From: Patescibacteria group bacterium
Lineage (GTDB): Bacteria; Patescibacteriota; Patescibacteriia; Magasanikbacterales; UBA922
NCBI GenBank assembly: GCA_041651535.1
Contig: JBAZIZ010000002.1
Location: 82,059-146,058, forward strand
Direction of reading: 5' to 3'
DNA: 64,000 bases
The notes under the pieces: model-generated
Databases searched by the model: none
Seen by the model: only the letters and a program-made list of their open reading frames with translations
Told to the model about the DNA's origin: nothing
Translations under genes and position numbers: made by a program
Shown: in pieces, positions 29,401 to 34,522 of the stretch
Layout: each line of letters begins with the position of its first letter
How positions within the stretch are numbered: the stretch's first letter is position 1

Positions 29401-31474
29401 TCCTATCATTATCATCTATTCGTAAATAATAACTAGCATATGATTTATTTAAAACAAAATTATTGAAAGTGACTGAATTTCCAGTAGTTGCTACTACATT
29501 GATATTCTGATCAACAGTAGATCCCGCAAAATGCACTGTTCCACTTCCTCCATCAAAAACACCACCAGTATGCGTGAAATTATGATAAAAATAGGCGTTG
29601 CCCTCTGAAGAATAAAAAGTCCCACCAGATAAAGTAAAAACATTACTAAAATAAATATTACCTTCAGGGGCATTGAATATTCCACCAGACAAAGTAAAAG
29701 TAGAAGCAAAAGTGATATTTCCTAAGCCAAAAGTAGAAATACCGTTTGAATGAGTATAAGTACTACCAAAATACCAATTTGTATTGGTAGTAGTCAGGTT
29801 TCCGCCTGATTGTAGTGAAGGACCACTCATCTGAAGTTGTCCACCTTGTCCGATATAGTGAGTATTTCCTGATATTGTCTCAAAAGTATAAGCATAGGCA
29901 GCCGCTTCTGGACCATAAACTGTGGTAGATACTCCAGAAAAAATCAATCGTGGTATATAAGTAGCACTGGCAATATTGACTGTTTGTGGTCCTGTACCAG
30001 CAATATTTAATCTAAAACTATTTCTTCCATAAGAATAATTATGGGTTGATTCTATCACCACATCACCTCTAGCTTCTAAATTTGAATTAGCATCACCACC
30101 ATATAAATAACCTCTTCTTAAAGTAGTAGTGCCATTAACTATCAGTTTGTCAGCCGAAGAAATTGTTAAATAATAACTAGTATCATTTTGATTTAAAATA
30201 AAATTATTGAATGTAACAGTATTTCCGCTAGAAGCTGCAATATTAAAAGTTGTATTAATTCCTCTAAAATGTGCAGTTCCAATTCCTCCATCAAAGATAC
30301 CTCCAGTGTGAGTAAAATTACTATCAAAATATGTATTTGTCTCAGAAGCGGTAAATGTTCCTCCAGATAAAGTAAAAGTAGAATAAAAAATAACATTTCC
30401 CACACCAAAAGTAGAAGTTCCATTGGAGTGAGTATAAGAACTACCAAAATACCAATTAGTATTCGTAGTTGTCAGATTGCCCCCAGACTGAAGTGATGGA
30501 CCACTCATCTGCAACTGTCCACCTTGTCCAATATAGTGAGTATTTCCTGATATTGTCTCAAAAGTATAAGCATAGGCAGCCGCTTCTGGACCATAAACTG
30601 TGGTAGATACTCCAGAAAAAATCAATCGTGGTATATAAGTAGCACTGGCAATATTGACTGTTTGTGGTCCTGTACCAGCAATATTTAATCTAAAACTATT
30701 TCTTCCATAAGAATAATTATGGGTTGATTCTATCACCACATCACCTCTAGCTTCTAAATTTGAATTAGCATCACCACCATATAAATAACCTCTTCTTAAA
30801 GTAGTAGTGCCATTAACTATCAGTTTGTCAGCCGAAGAAATTGTTAAATAATAACTAGTATCATTTTGATTTAAAATAAAATTATTGAATGTAACAGTAT
30901 TTCCGCTAGAAGCTGCAATATTAAAAGTTGTATTAATTCCTCTAAAATGTGCAGTTCCAATTCCTCCATCAAAGATACCTCCAGTGTGAGTAAAATTACT
31001 ATCAAAATATGTTGTTCCTTGTGAAGCATTGAAAGTACCACCAGATAAAGTAAAAGTAGAAGCAAAAGAAATATTTCCTAAACCACCATTGAAAACACCG
31101 TTTGATTGGGAAAAAGTACCACTAAGAGAAAAAGTATAACCGCTTTCACGAGTAATAGTTCCAGTGTAACCAGAAGAAATTGTAAAACTATTTAAATTGA
31201 CATTGGCATCTATAGAACAATCAGCTGTAGCTGTACCATTAAAAACAACAAGATCGCCAGTTCCAGGAGTACCTACAGGAGACCAGTTATTACTATTTGT
31301 CCAGAGTCCATCTCCTCCACTGTTTGTCCAAGTGTAAGTTGTGCCCGCAGCAAAAGATTGCCAAGTTACAAAAGCACCAATAAATACTAAAAACAAAAAA
31401 AATGTCCAAGGGTGTTTGGAAAAAAAGCTTAATGATTTTGTTAAGTTTTTCAATGAAAAACGTTTCTTTTTCAT
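14480..31474 (-). CDS. Giant (5664 aa) surface/adhesin-like protein: beta-helix-like repeats, two LamG domains, many FN3/Ig repeats, carboxypeptidase-regulatory-like domain, C-terminal TM anchor
   Basis: Uninterrupted 17-kb ORF with signal peptide. 'YW(S/N)MDEG' twice (LamG), recurrent 'W-x-DNS-x-x-E-x-GF/Y' (FN3), terminal hydrophobic helix plus basic tail. Confidence 0.85.
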   Translation of the reverse strand: MKKKRFSLKNLTKSLSFFSKHPWTFFLFLVFIGAFVTWQSFAAGTTYTWTNSGGDGLWTNSNNWSPVGTPGTGDLVVFNGTATADCSIDANVNLNSFTISSGYTGTITRESGYTFSLSGTFSQSNGVFNGGLGNISFASTFTLSGGTFNASQGTTYFDSNFTHTGGIFDGGIGTAHFRGINTTFNIAASSGNTVTFNNFILNQNDTSYYLTISSADKLIVNGTTTLRRGYLYGGDANSNLEARGDVVIESTHNYSYGRNSFRLNIAGTGPQTVNIASATYIPRLIFSGVSTTVYGPEAAAYAYTFETISGNTHYIGQGGQLQMSGPSLQSGGNLTTTNTNWYFGSSYTHSNGTSTFGVGNVIFYSTFTLSGGTFTASETNTYFDSNFTHTGGIFDGGIGTAHFRGINTTFNIAASSGNTVTFNNFILNQNDTSYYLTISSADKLIVNGTTTLRRGYLYGGDANSNLEARGDVVIESTHNYSYGRNSFRLNIAGTGPQTVNIASATYIPRLIFSGVSTTVYGPEAAAYAYTFETISGNTHYIGQGGQLQMSGPSLQSGGNLTTTNTNWYFGSTYTHSNGISTFGLGNITFASTFTLSGGIFNAPEGNIYFSNVFTLSGGTFYSSEGNAYFYHNFTHTGGVFDGGSGTVHFAGSTVDQNINVVATTGNSVTFNNFVLNKSYASYYLRIDDNDRIVVTGTTTLKNVGWLYGGNTYSALEARGDVVVESTYITPSARNTVQLLLAGTGSQTLSIAGGTYLPRLVFAGASTTVYGPSATTYAYTIETTAGNTHYIGQGGQLQFSTASFQSGGNLSTTNTNWNFAGSYTHSNGTATFGSHNLYFNSLFTLSGGIFNAPQGNAYFYNNFTHTGGVFGGGSGTVHFVGSTVDQNINVVATTGNSVTFNNFVLNKSYAGYHLRIDDNDRIVVTGTTTLKNIGWLYGGNTYSALEARGDVVVESTYITPSARNIVQLLLAGTGSQTLSIAGGTYLPRLVFAGASTTVYGPSATTYAYTIETTAGNTHYIGQGGQLQFSTASFQSGGNLSTTNTNWNFAGSYTHSNGTATFGSHNLYFNSLFTLSGGIFNAPQGNAYFYNNFTHTGGIFDPGIGTVDFRGSSYTTLDVVSSINFYNFKLNKSSNSYYLQIAGSDTVNIYGDTLISKGYIYGDNTVSNLNLRGNLEITDGFIQPLITFSGDNEQNINLNTVVSSLDGEIRINKTGGSLLLLSDLTMDNSKNLLLNSGTFDLSDKSLRVTGSGSTFIVANDARLRLMSGATYSFNTGYPQFANNSIVEYYRTNTGTYNILSASSVGNMIINGIEGSIFRLNNSSLTVNGYLQINEDGTLFLNSNTLILSSPTNFFNEGTLDVAGNEYTNLVNDTDSGTVSYVGNNDGLATFYDTLFPYYYNLKINFTDGDDIFNTVGDMNDNLIAYWSMDEGNGTTVYDQSGNGMNGVFGTGGSAPTWTSGKSGSAVSFDGSDFVNFGASNYFCTANFSVEFWMKAGTQANDYPTLIEKFGPDYGLAGWAIGLKEKTAKTITYTVGDNSGGWGVGYYSLIKGVVTDNNWHHMVGTYDGRYMSLYIDGVLAGSYTWSKYTCASSNLYFGYSAYSSARAYKGVLDEVKIYNKAIKAEDVKKLAGNLKSGLLSYWNMDEGSGNTINDLSGNGRHGTLGAGSLAPTWVAGKNNFGLSFDGVDDYVSASHGELDKTFSVSAWINYSNLSNTQVPIAGGSVYDYFFSNIGGTLYNSLRDASSNQITCNTNLTTGWHHYTSTINVTGSNVDWKIYRDGILVEQCLSSTGLTPFSLTRLGSRIDGQYYFSGILDDVAFYYRVLPVSEISDLVSVNPLYEATDSFSIYNNLEGSNGNFIAPSTTLYVGGNILMLSPGIFDANSGLVILNGEVQTIGGFIVFNDLTKTVTSSQILYVTAGSDIKIEGSANLSGIPNNLLSLHSTVSGTQANIDFAGARAVEFLDVKDIVNFNSSAVLCINGCVDSGNNINFTFVTAPPHYEVRKSGASSASVTAGEDLVISIFLIDEFGSVSSTYNGNYDIIFYGANNSPYSDRPTAKDIFENNRNFGSTTTLNFINGEATTTLKLYKNETVQIDVSGNNFNTSGSNDYALIVTVGSQILNEFILSSSANVISGIPFTIDSISKDAFGNITNYVNSDTQVSVTSTVDTFASISPTIVSSSEFTDDGLAETYFTINNVTNLETLRIDYYNDYDGNITTSSVFLSAVGIPTAPSGVAASYFALNSFRITWSDTSGGVASGFVVERDTDTGSGFGNNWVAIATTTQATNSFIDNVANNIIDPPQSNERYKYRVRSFNSVGYSVSYGSDPVAHYTVPGTPSNLLATYNSSPLKFDLTFTDNSAVSDYFSLDRCVGISCASNIFSSVSSSLYGTSTLDTSLSGNSRYRYRVKAIVPPDAPATEIINVSSTFAYSAYEYTAPATPSDLKFYQVSSNQWFLSWKDNSTYENGFEIQVSYDGGSNFEPVISGATVGQNVKTYLFSSPTSQNDLQFKVRAYISATDNNSELYSGDSAGSQVLSTDFHYEIKGNSSQIAGNSQTISIILKDLNGNTSTFWSGDKELFFSGASSSVNGIVPTCSDKNNSPIVFGNTTTITFTNGVASCNLILYRAENAVLEVTDNFYSTNADNSYSLGVTVVGNSLNRFLIDAPATINYNSSTMITVYALDTYYNNTLSVSGNTNLSLYVNSVLTGTINPAIISATNFTDDGIWAGNITVTDIYENPTVVITAVNGSANGSDSFLFNGRPNTPGSVAVSYISDNEFEITWQDRSTIETGYLVQKKTDTGSGLPGTWVTIATLSTNTQSFVDNATNNPLDAPQADRRYMYQIIASGSIVSSYGASDNLIHYTTPDYPTNFYATYVNDNRFNLYFTDNANVINTHVFSRCDSAGCDSSTFNFLGKSSSSPYADTASLLANNRYKYVSHSETPSPESLISSDVYSAYEFTSPAAPSAFYASEATSNTISFVWTDNALYESGYLLEYAVASSSVFTPIYNNGITTVGADMTGFSFASSTPDNAYRFKMRSAISATVRNGALYSSYVGGTEYVYTQPNKPINQAAIFSTSTVISLSWDDDSNYEDGFRIEVSINGGGWSEITTSTNTVGANITTYDLVDVDLNNDYQFRVRSHIAGNTFAPEVFSEYTEVFSPQSYHFEFSPLNDITTTAGTTTTVTLALKDSGGNIVSDYNGEKNVYFSGASSSITGVEPTVINFNGEQIDFGSITSINFINGEAEINMFLPAVGSYNIDADTLAYSTAENNSYQLRVSVDPASVDSFTISSQQSTVTSTIPFTLSVTAFDEYLNTTTAVLGNTYISSSIGDISPVGIAEADFTDDGIWEGSVTLSNINDRNTVYLYVNNGSANGEIYLTVIGIPNKPSGVASSLNSDEEGSYFSIGWSDNSVVETGYEIQKCVLASSGASCAEGDWSLATTTSANIHNTRDYSVSLDSKIKYRVRGFNSIGYSDWATEVNYHFTKPDAPINVYAKRISSSQFSVYYTSQTGITNEHRIFRSDYYFTSNESNSFYSVSSPYSDTYQITTNNRFLYNVKAKTSDGIYSDDSYSIYEYTTPVAPSSVISAIVNETQVQISWVDNSLFESGFRIEESINSGSWNEIDSGNDQTGQNIRTYLHTVSSTSSNTYKYRVRAHIGETANNSELFSSYSNEAIAEISDLHFEIYAPATTTAGVVTALQIALRDVNGNNASYFTGNRILKFISDGTQPTLYCSDKDGNNIMFGENTTVSFINGAATCSTTLYNAVTTTIDVYDDSFSSTSSPAYDLDLKVEPNVARKFSVSAPTQAVSTVPSTVRLIAQDFWNNTTTLIFNTTTVSVSTGSVSPLQILDSSFENGIATISLVISSIIERPAVNVEFRGFDSYSSTTIYGNAYITVLGVPNAPTSVSSVRNSNESITLSWSDNSTIESGYAIERQVDEGSGFGSWIFVAQVNTNIHSYTDYSTVANRRYKYRVRTIGSFANSDYAEDPINSLGGIYTTPTAPTFISPVRYSDNRFDITFVDNALVTNYFDLKRCDGAACSTNSFSAITTTPILLIPSQTVTGTINYTDNLNIDVNNRYRYAFTVKPPASSGSTVSAVAYSNYEYTKPAAPSGVNAIKTEENIIYIYWDDNSSYEDGFRIEYSDDSAEHFTEVTPGTNTVGANVESYNFTIPSTTLTYLFRIKSHVPATASNVELLSDFDQTQTSETHLVVTGSNTQNVGESQTITLTIRDGENNIITDYDGDKSIILTGPSNSLTGVQATCTNKSGNPVNIGLITTINFVDGVGQCNFTPYRAETVLLRATDGLHTSYTHPSYNLNLTAVAGTLNNFLVAIPATSSIDLAFETIIYARDIYNNITKQVSGNTSLTASVGSLSVNSIAQSDFTDDGIWYGNLSINNLYDLNNVILTAQNSGASGYDSIEIIAAPNLPLNVLASYISDNQINISWTDNSSAEDYYVVEKRSDTTGSGFGSWTTLATTSPNAVILSDINTAGNKRYEYRVYSGNIYGNSDYVYSNVVYTSLPAPVITTSTVLSANSMVWDWTSSALFSTEFRLHFTSSNHLDYININSSSDSFTVNDLTPNTGYQIVLYTWRSDRGYSPASNTSTLLYTFAALPTDIQVSTNTDETLTLNWNQNSNPSSTEYKVKNITTGDESEWITNNSWTDNNLDCETSYDYIIKARNHDNVETDWTVTSTLETGLCVMPSIPNSFSAEYISDSQIDLSWLSTDIYSKSFVIEKRVNYGSGFNSWSVLATTTNANSSLSDTVVSVNSAYEYRIRGVNKIGESENLASAVIYTGLLAPTINTPSAILDNSITFNWINNSNFAEEFVLEFVEGEHEDIENINVTNTSFIVEDLLPNTIYSVKVYAANSSRGRSEASATSTAVYTLAEIPDLITATSTTQNSMTLNWSAGDNPSGTEYYIEEINSTTTNSGWTTTTVWNISNLSCGVNYSFRIKTRNFENVESGWSANNSFSTESCPSFGGDGSSSFNYVRPSTDNLGIKINNGALYTNNKNVQLNLSAGNDVSDMAIANDISFDQIPQESFAEVKDWILSGGDGLKKVYVRFFGRVGGLSSETYFNSIILDTTPPSISFTDYKSSYSIHEKIKISGLTEANSLIFVKIDGAGEKQISADNEGKWNLDLNYLPFGKYSLIVKAKDQAQNLGKENSLIVNVDNENIINDEEKENEEDFIEEEKNTEETDLWLKAKELGVEILGEITDLPLIKDIVDKISDWLKEPETETVNIPLVDAVPQITPIAFEIRWNLFPVKKFILAPLPNEVRLLAEKFPEFSTTLTETGVARMTDMIKMKNINFVLPSLSSTILNRVAEINIPVISSTGSVKYGDIKITNLENSSSSFNIDLDPSKLDTGEFFSYSLPLAKLSEEEKKQIPTEIMFVKNALADLDLNTKVAINENGRPIQKINTISGTTVELIVKPQAKVNSVKGYVVYKNSGIVQAKSAVTAGSNLNKILSDIFAGEAVFAETAEKEIPVEERLVLKEFEYTDPDSDGIYTAFVDIPVKDGEYEIITVFDYIDSELGRKQIRLLTVVDPEGYVYEKVGEKEMRVKGSVVSLYRKNETSGEFELWNATKYQQINPQTVGVTGDYSFLVTPGEYYLEAKAKGYKNYRGEYFTVDINDAIFENIQLYPAATWKKYLDWKTVLPIAFSLFLLYYYNHKNKKIKT
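28191..29560. repeat. Intragenic tandem duplication B (687-bp period, 229 aa)
   Basis: About 28243-28870 matches 28930-29557 with about 6 substitutions. Confidence 0.9.
29660..31012. repeat. Intragenic tandem duplication A (678-bp period, 226 aa)
   Basis: 29853-30334 appears identical to 30531-31012; the flanks are diverged mainly at synonymous sites. Confidence 0.9.
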
Positions 31475-31704
31475 TTTAAATTATTTTTGTTTTTTACAAG
31501 TAAATTATAACATTTTTTTGATTTATTGCCAAACTTTTTTTACTATTTACTTGTTGATAAACCAAGCAAAAATTAATTTTAAAAAAATATTCAAAAAAAT
31601 TTACTTTTTCTTTTAATTTTTATGTTTATTTTTTTGTTTTTGTTTCCCTTCCCTACTGGAAGGTGGGGTTATTTTAAATTCAACAATTAAAAGAATTAGA
31701 AACA

Positions 31705-32820
31705 TTTAAGAGATTTCTTCAACCCGATTAAATCGGGATTACGAAATTACAAAAGATTATGTTAGTATTTTTTAAATCATTTTTTTAATAAAATTATCCA
31801 AATAAATAAAAACGTTTTAAAAATAATTGCACTCTCACTTTGTCATATCGTAGCCCCGACGAAACGTCGGGATGGAGACGAAGAATCGCTTAAACAATGA
31901 ATTATTAATTATTTTAAATACAAAAGTTAATAACTATTTAAAATTTTATTTTTATTTTATCTTATATTGCTAAAATATAATTATTATAAAATTTTTTTAT
32001 GAAAAAAATTTACAGATTTTTTATTTATATCTTAGCTAGTGATTCAGGAACACTTTATGTTGGTTTGACTAATAATATATATAGAAGAATAGAAGAACAT
32101 AAAACTAAAGCAAATAAAAAAAGTTTTTCTAAAAAATATAATTGTTATAAATTAGTTTATTTTGAAGAACATAAGTATGTAAATAACGCAATAAATAGAG
32201 AGAAAGAGATAAAAGACTGGAACAGAAAGAAAAAAGAAGAACTTACCAAAAAATTTAACCCACATTGGATTGATTTATACGATAAAATAGATTTAATTTA
32301 GTTAAAGATTGTTTAAGGGATTTCTTCGTCCCGATTAAATCGGGACTACGAAATGACAAAATGTATGGGAAGTTTTTTAAAGACGTTTAAAGATAATTGA
32401 ATAAAGAAATTAAATAGACAAACTAAAAAACAATCACACTCTAACTTTGTCATATCGTAGCCCCGACGAAACGTCGGGATGGAGACGAAGGATCCCTTAG
32501 ACAATGAATTATCACTAAACACTTTTAATTCAATAATAAGTGGATTAAAAAAGTTTAACCTGCCTGCCGGTAGGCAGGGGGATTCTTCGCCCCCGACGTC
32601 ACGTCGGAGGACTCAGAATGACAAAAAAGTAAGTTTTGACTATTTTAATTTGTTAATTTTTTAGTGTTTAATTTTTGTTTTAAATTTATTTTTAAAATAA
32701 AAAAACATCCTGATAAGTTTAAACAGACTGAAAAACAAACATCCATTCACTTTTGTCATCCCGAACCCCGACTTAACGTCGGGGGGATCCCTTAAATAGT
32801 GAATTATTAATTATTTTAAA
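31705..32820. repeat. Array of six REP-like palindromic units in alternating orientation (three inverted doublets) around a GIY-YIG gene
   Basis: Units at ~31705-31754(-), 31839-31898(+), 32308-32361(-), 32446-32511(+), 32553-32626(-), 32751-32820(+). Consensus TTTGTCAT..CG(T)AG.CCCGA..TCGGG..GAAGRATC.CTTAAA. Confidence 0.9.
31999..32301 (+). CDS. Stand-alone GIY-YIG nuclease (UPF0213/unchar-3-like)
   Basis: 'FIYILAS..GTLYVGLTNNIYRRIEEH', 'YKLVYFE', 'AINREKEIKDWNRKKK', 'NPHWIDL'. Confidence 0.9.
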   Translation: MKKIYRFFIYILASDSGTLYVGLTNNIYRRIEEHKTKANKKSFSKKYNCYKLVYFEEHKYVNNAINREKEIKDWNRKKKEELTKKFNPHWIDLYDKIDLI

Positions 32821-32884
32821 ACAATAATCAACAAACTAAAAACAGCTTTTAAGCTGTTTAAAATCTTAATTCTAAAATTTTAAA

Positions 32885-33271
32885 TTATTCCTCTGTACTA
32901 AACGGTCCCATGTTTAAAATTTTATTTTTTTTAGCACTGTATAAAACAGCTTTACCTGCTTCTTTATAAATCAAAAGGTAATCACCATTTTCAGCTCCCG
33001 CAAAAAAAGCTTGCTTCAAAGCTGGTTGATTAATATCCGAAATTCGACTAATTATTGGAACTTCTTCTGGGGCATCAAAAAGTTTACTGATCTTTTTTAA
33101 GACATCGTCAGATTCTTCTTTGTTTTCATTTTCAATCTGTTCTTTATTTTGTTCTTTATTTTTTTCAATATTTTCTTCTTGTTCATTGTTATCAAAATAA
33201 AAAAATATTGCGCTTCCAATTAAAAAAGTCACAATTATAATTATTAAAATCATATATTTTTTTTTATTCAT
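32885..33271 (-). CDS. Hypothetical membrane-anchored protein
   Basis: N-terminal TM, conserved-looking 'FFAGAENGDYLLIY' core. Confidence 0.7.
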   Translation of the reverse strand: MNKKKYMILIIIIVTFLIGSAIFFYFDNNEQEENIEKNKEQNKEQIENENKEESDDVLKKISKLFDAPEEVPIISRISDINQPALKQAFFAGAENGDYLLIYKEAGKAVLYSAKKNKILNMGPFSTEE

Positions 33272-33274
33272 AAA

Positions 33275-34012
33275 TTATTCATTATAGTTTAATTTTTTAT
33301 TTTTTAAAACACGGGGATTTTCTTTTATATTTTCTATTATAAATTTTAAAATTTCTTCTGCCTCATCTTCGGGAATATTATTGATTTTAAACCAAAAATC
33401 ATAAGCTGAATCAAAGTCATGTTGTCTAGCATTAAAATCAAATTTAAAAGGAAATTTATTTTCAAAATTTTTCTTTAAAATATCAACTGTTGGTTTATTT
33501 TCAAAAAAATCATAATTCCAAAGTTCTTCAACAATCATTGCAAATTCATTTTCATTAAAATCAGACTTTAAAATTTGTAATTCTATGTAATCGCCATAAC
33601 CGCCATGTTTCCAAAAATCAAAATCAGTATACTGTACTCCCACAAATTTTTTATTTATTTTAACTTCTTCAAAAATTTTTTTTATTAATTCTTCTTTATC
33701 AAATTTAAAAAAATCAATCTGATATTTTTCATTTTCCTTAACCTTATTTTCTGCTTTCTCTTTCAATTCTTTGTATTCTTTTAATAAAGAATCGTAAATC
33801 TCATAGATCTGATAATATTTATCATCATTTTCAAAATCCATTTTATTCAATTTTTCATAAAGTTCTGTCGCTTTTTCTCTTATTTTTGATTTTTCAAAAA
33901 AATAAAAAATATTTTTATCTTTTGAAGACCAAGTGATTATTTCTGAACACAAATCAATAACTTCTTTTTCTTTATTTCCTAAATACTCTGGCGGTTTTTT
34001 AAAAACTTCCAT
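33275..34012 (-). CDS. Hypothetical protein
   Basis: 245-aa ORF in an operon-like run. Confidence 0.6.
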   Translation of the reverse strand: MEVFKKPPEYLGNKEKEVIDLCSEIITWSSKDKNIFYFFEKSKIREKATELYEKLNKMDFENDDKYYQIYEIYDSLLKEYKELKEKAENKVKENEKYQIDFFKFDKEELIKKIFEEVKINKKFVGVQYTDFDFWKHGGYGDYIELQILKSDFNENEFAMIVEELWNYDFFENKPTVDILKKNFENKFPFKFDFNARQHDFDSAYDFWFKINNIPEDEAEEILKFIIENIKENPRVLKNKKLNYNE

Positions 34013-34040
34013 ACAAACTTATTTTATTTATTCTTTCTTT

Positions 34041-34367
34041 TTATTTTTTATTTTTCTTTTTATCTTTTTTATCGAGTGAAATATCAGAAAAAGAATCTGT
34101 AATTTTATTTATAATAAATTTTTCCACTAAACTACTGATCATACCACTAACTGAATTTACTGAATCAGTCAAATGTTCTACTCGCTTACGTACAAATTCA
34201 ATCGCGTCAACAATTAATTCTAATTTATAAGCTAAACTTTCCACAATAGAATTAAAATTTCGAAGCAAAACTATAGCACGATATAAAAACCATGATAAAA
34301 AAATAGCTACTCCAAAAATTGAAACAGATAAAACTAAATATAAAATATCCGCACTAGTAGAAAACAT
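34041..34367 (-). CDS. Small membrane protein with coiled coil (DUF948-like)
   Basis: One TM helix followed by a heptad-like region. Confidence 0.6.
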   Translation of the reverse strand: MFSTSADILYLVLSVSIFGVAIFLSWFLYRAIVLLRNFNSIVESLAYKLELIVDAIEFVRKRVEHLTDSVNSVSGMISSLVEKFIINKITDSFSDISLDKKDKKKNKK

Positions 34368-34522
34368 ATAAATACAATTAAAAATAAATTTTTAATAAGA
34401 TATTTTTATTATAGCAGAAAAAAAGAAAAATTAAAAATAATTCTTAGAACACCAAGGGGTCCGGGGTAAATACTTGTTTTGTTTATTTTCCCTCCCCTAT
34501 TAGGGGGAGAAAAATTAAAATT

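Noticed and set aside
28191-31012. Diversity-generating retroelement TR/VR pair
   Set aside because: The repeats are in-frame tandem domains of ~680 bp, the differences are not adenine-specific, and no reverse transcriptase is in the window.
32479-32664. 61-aa ORF (METKDP...LPAGRQ...)
   Set aside because: Built largely from palindromic repeat units 4 and 5; most likely spurious.
31705-32820. CRISPR array
   Set aside because: Units alternate in orientation, vary in sequence and length, have irregular 50-400-nt gaps, and no cas genes are present.
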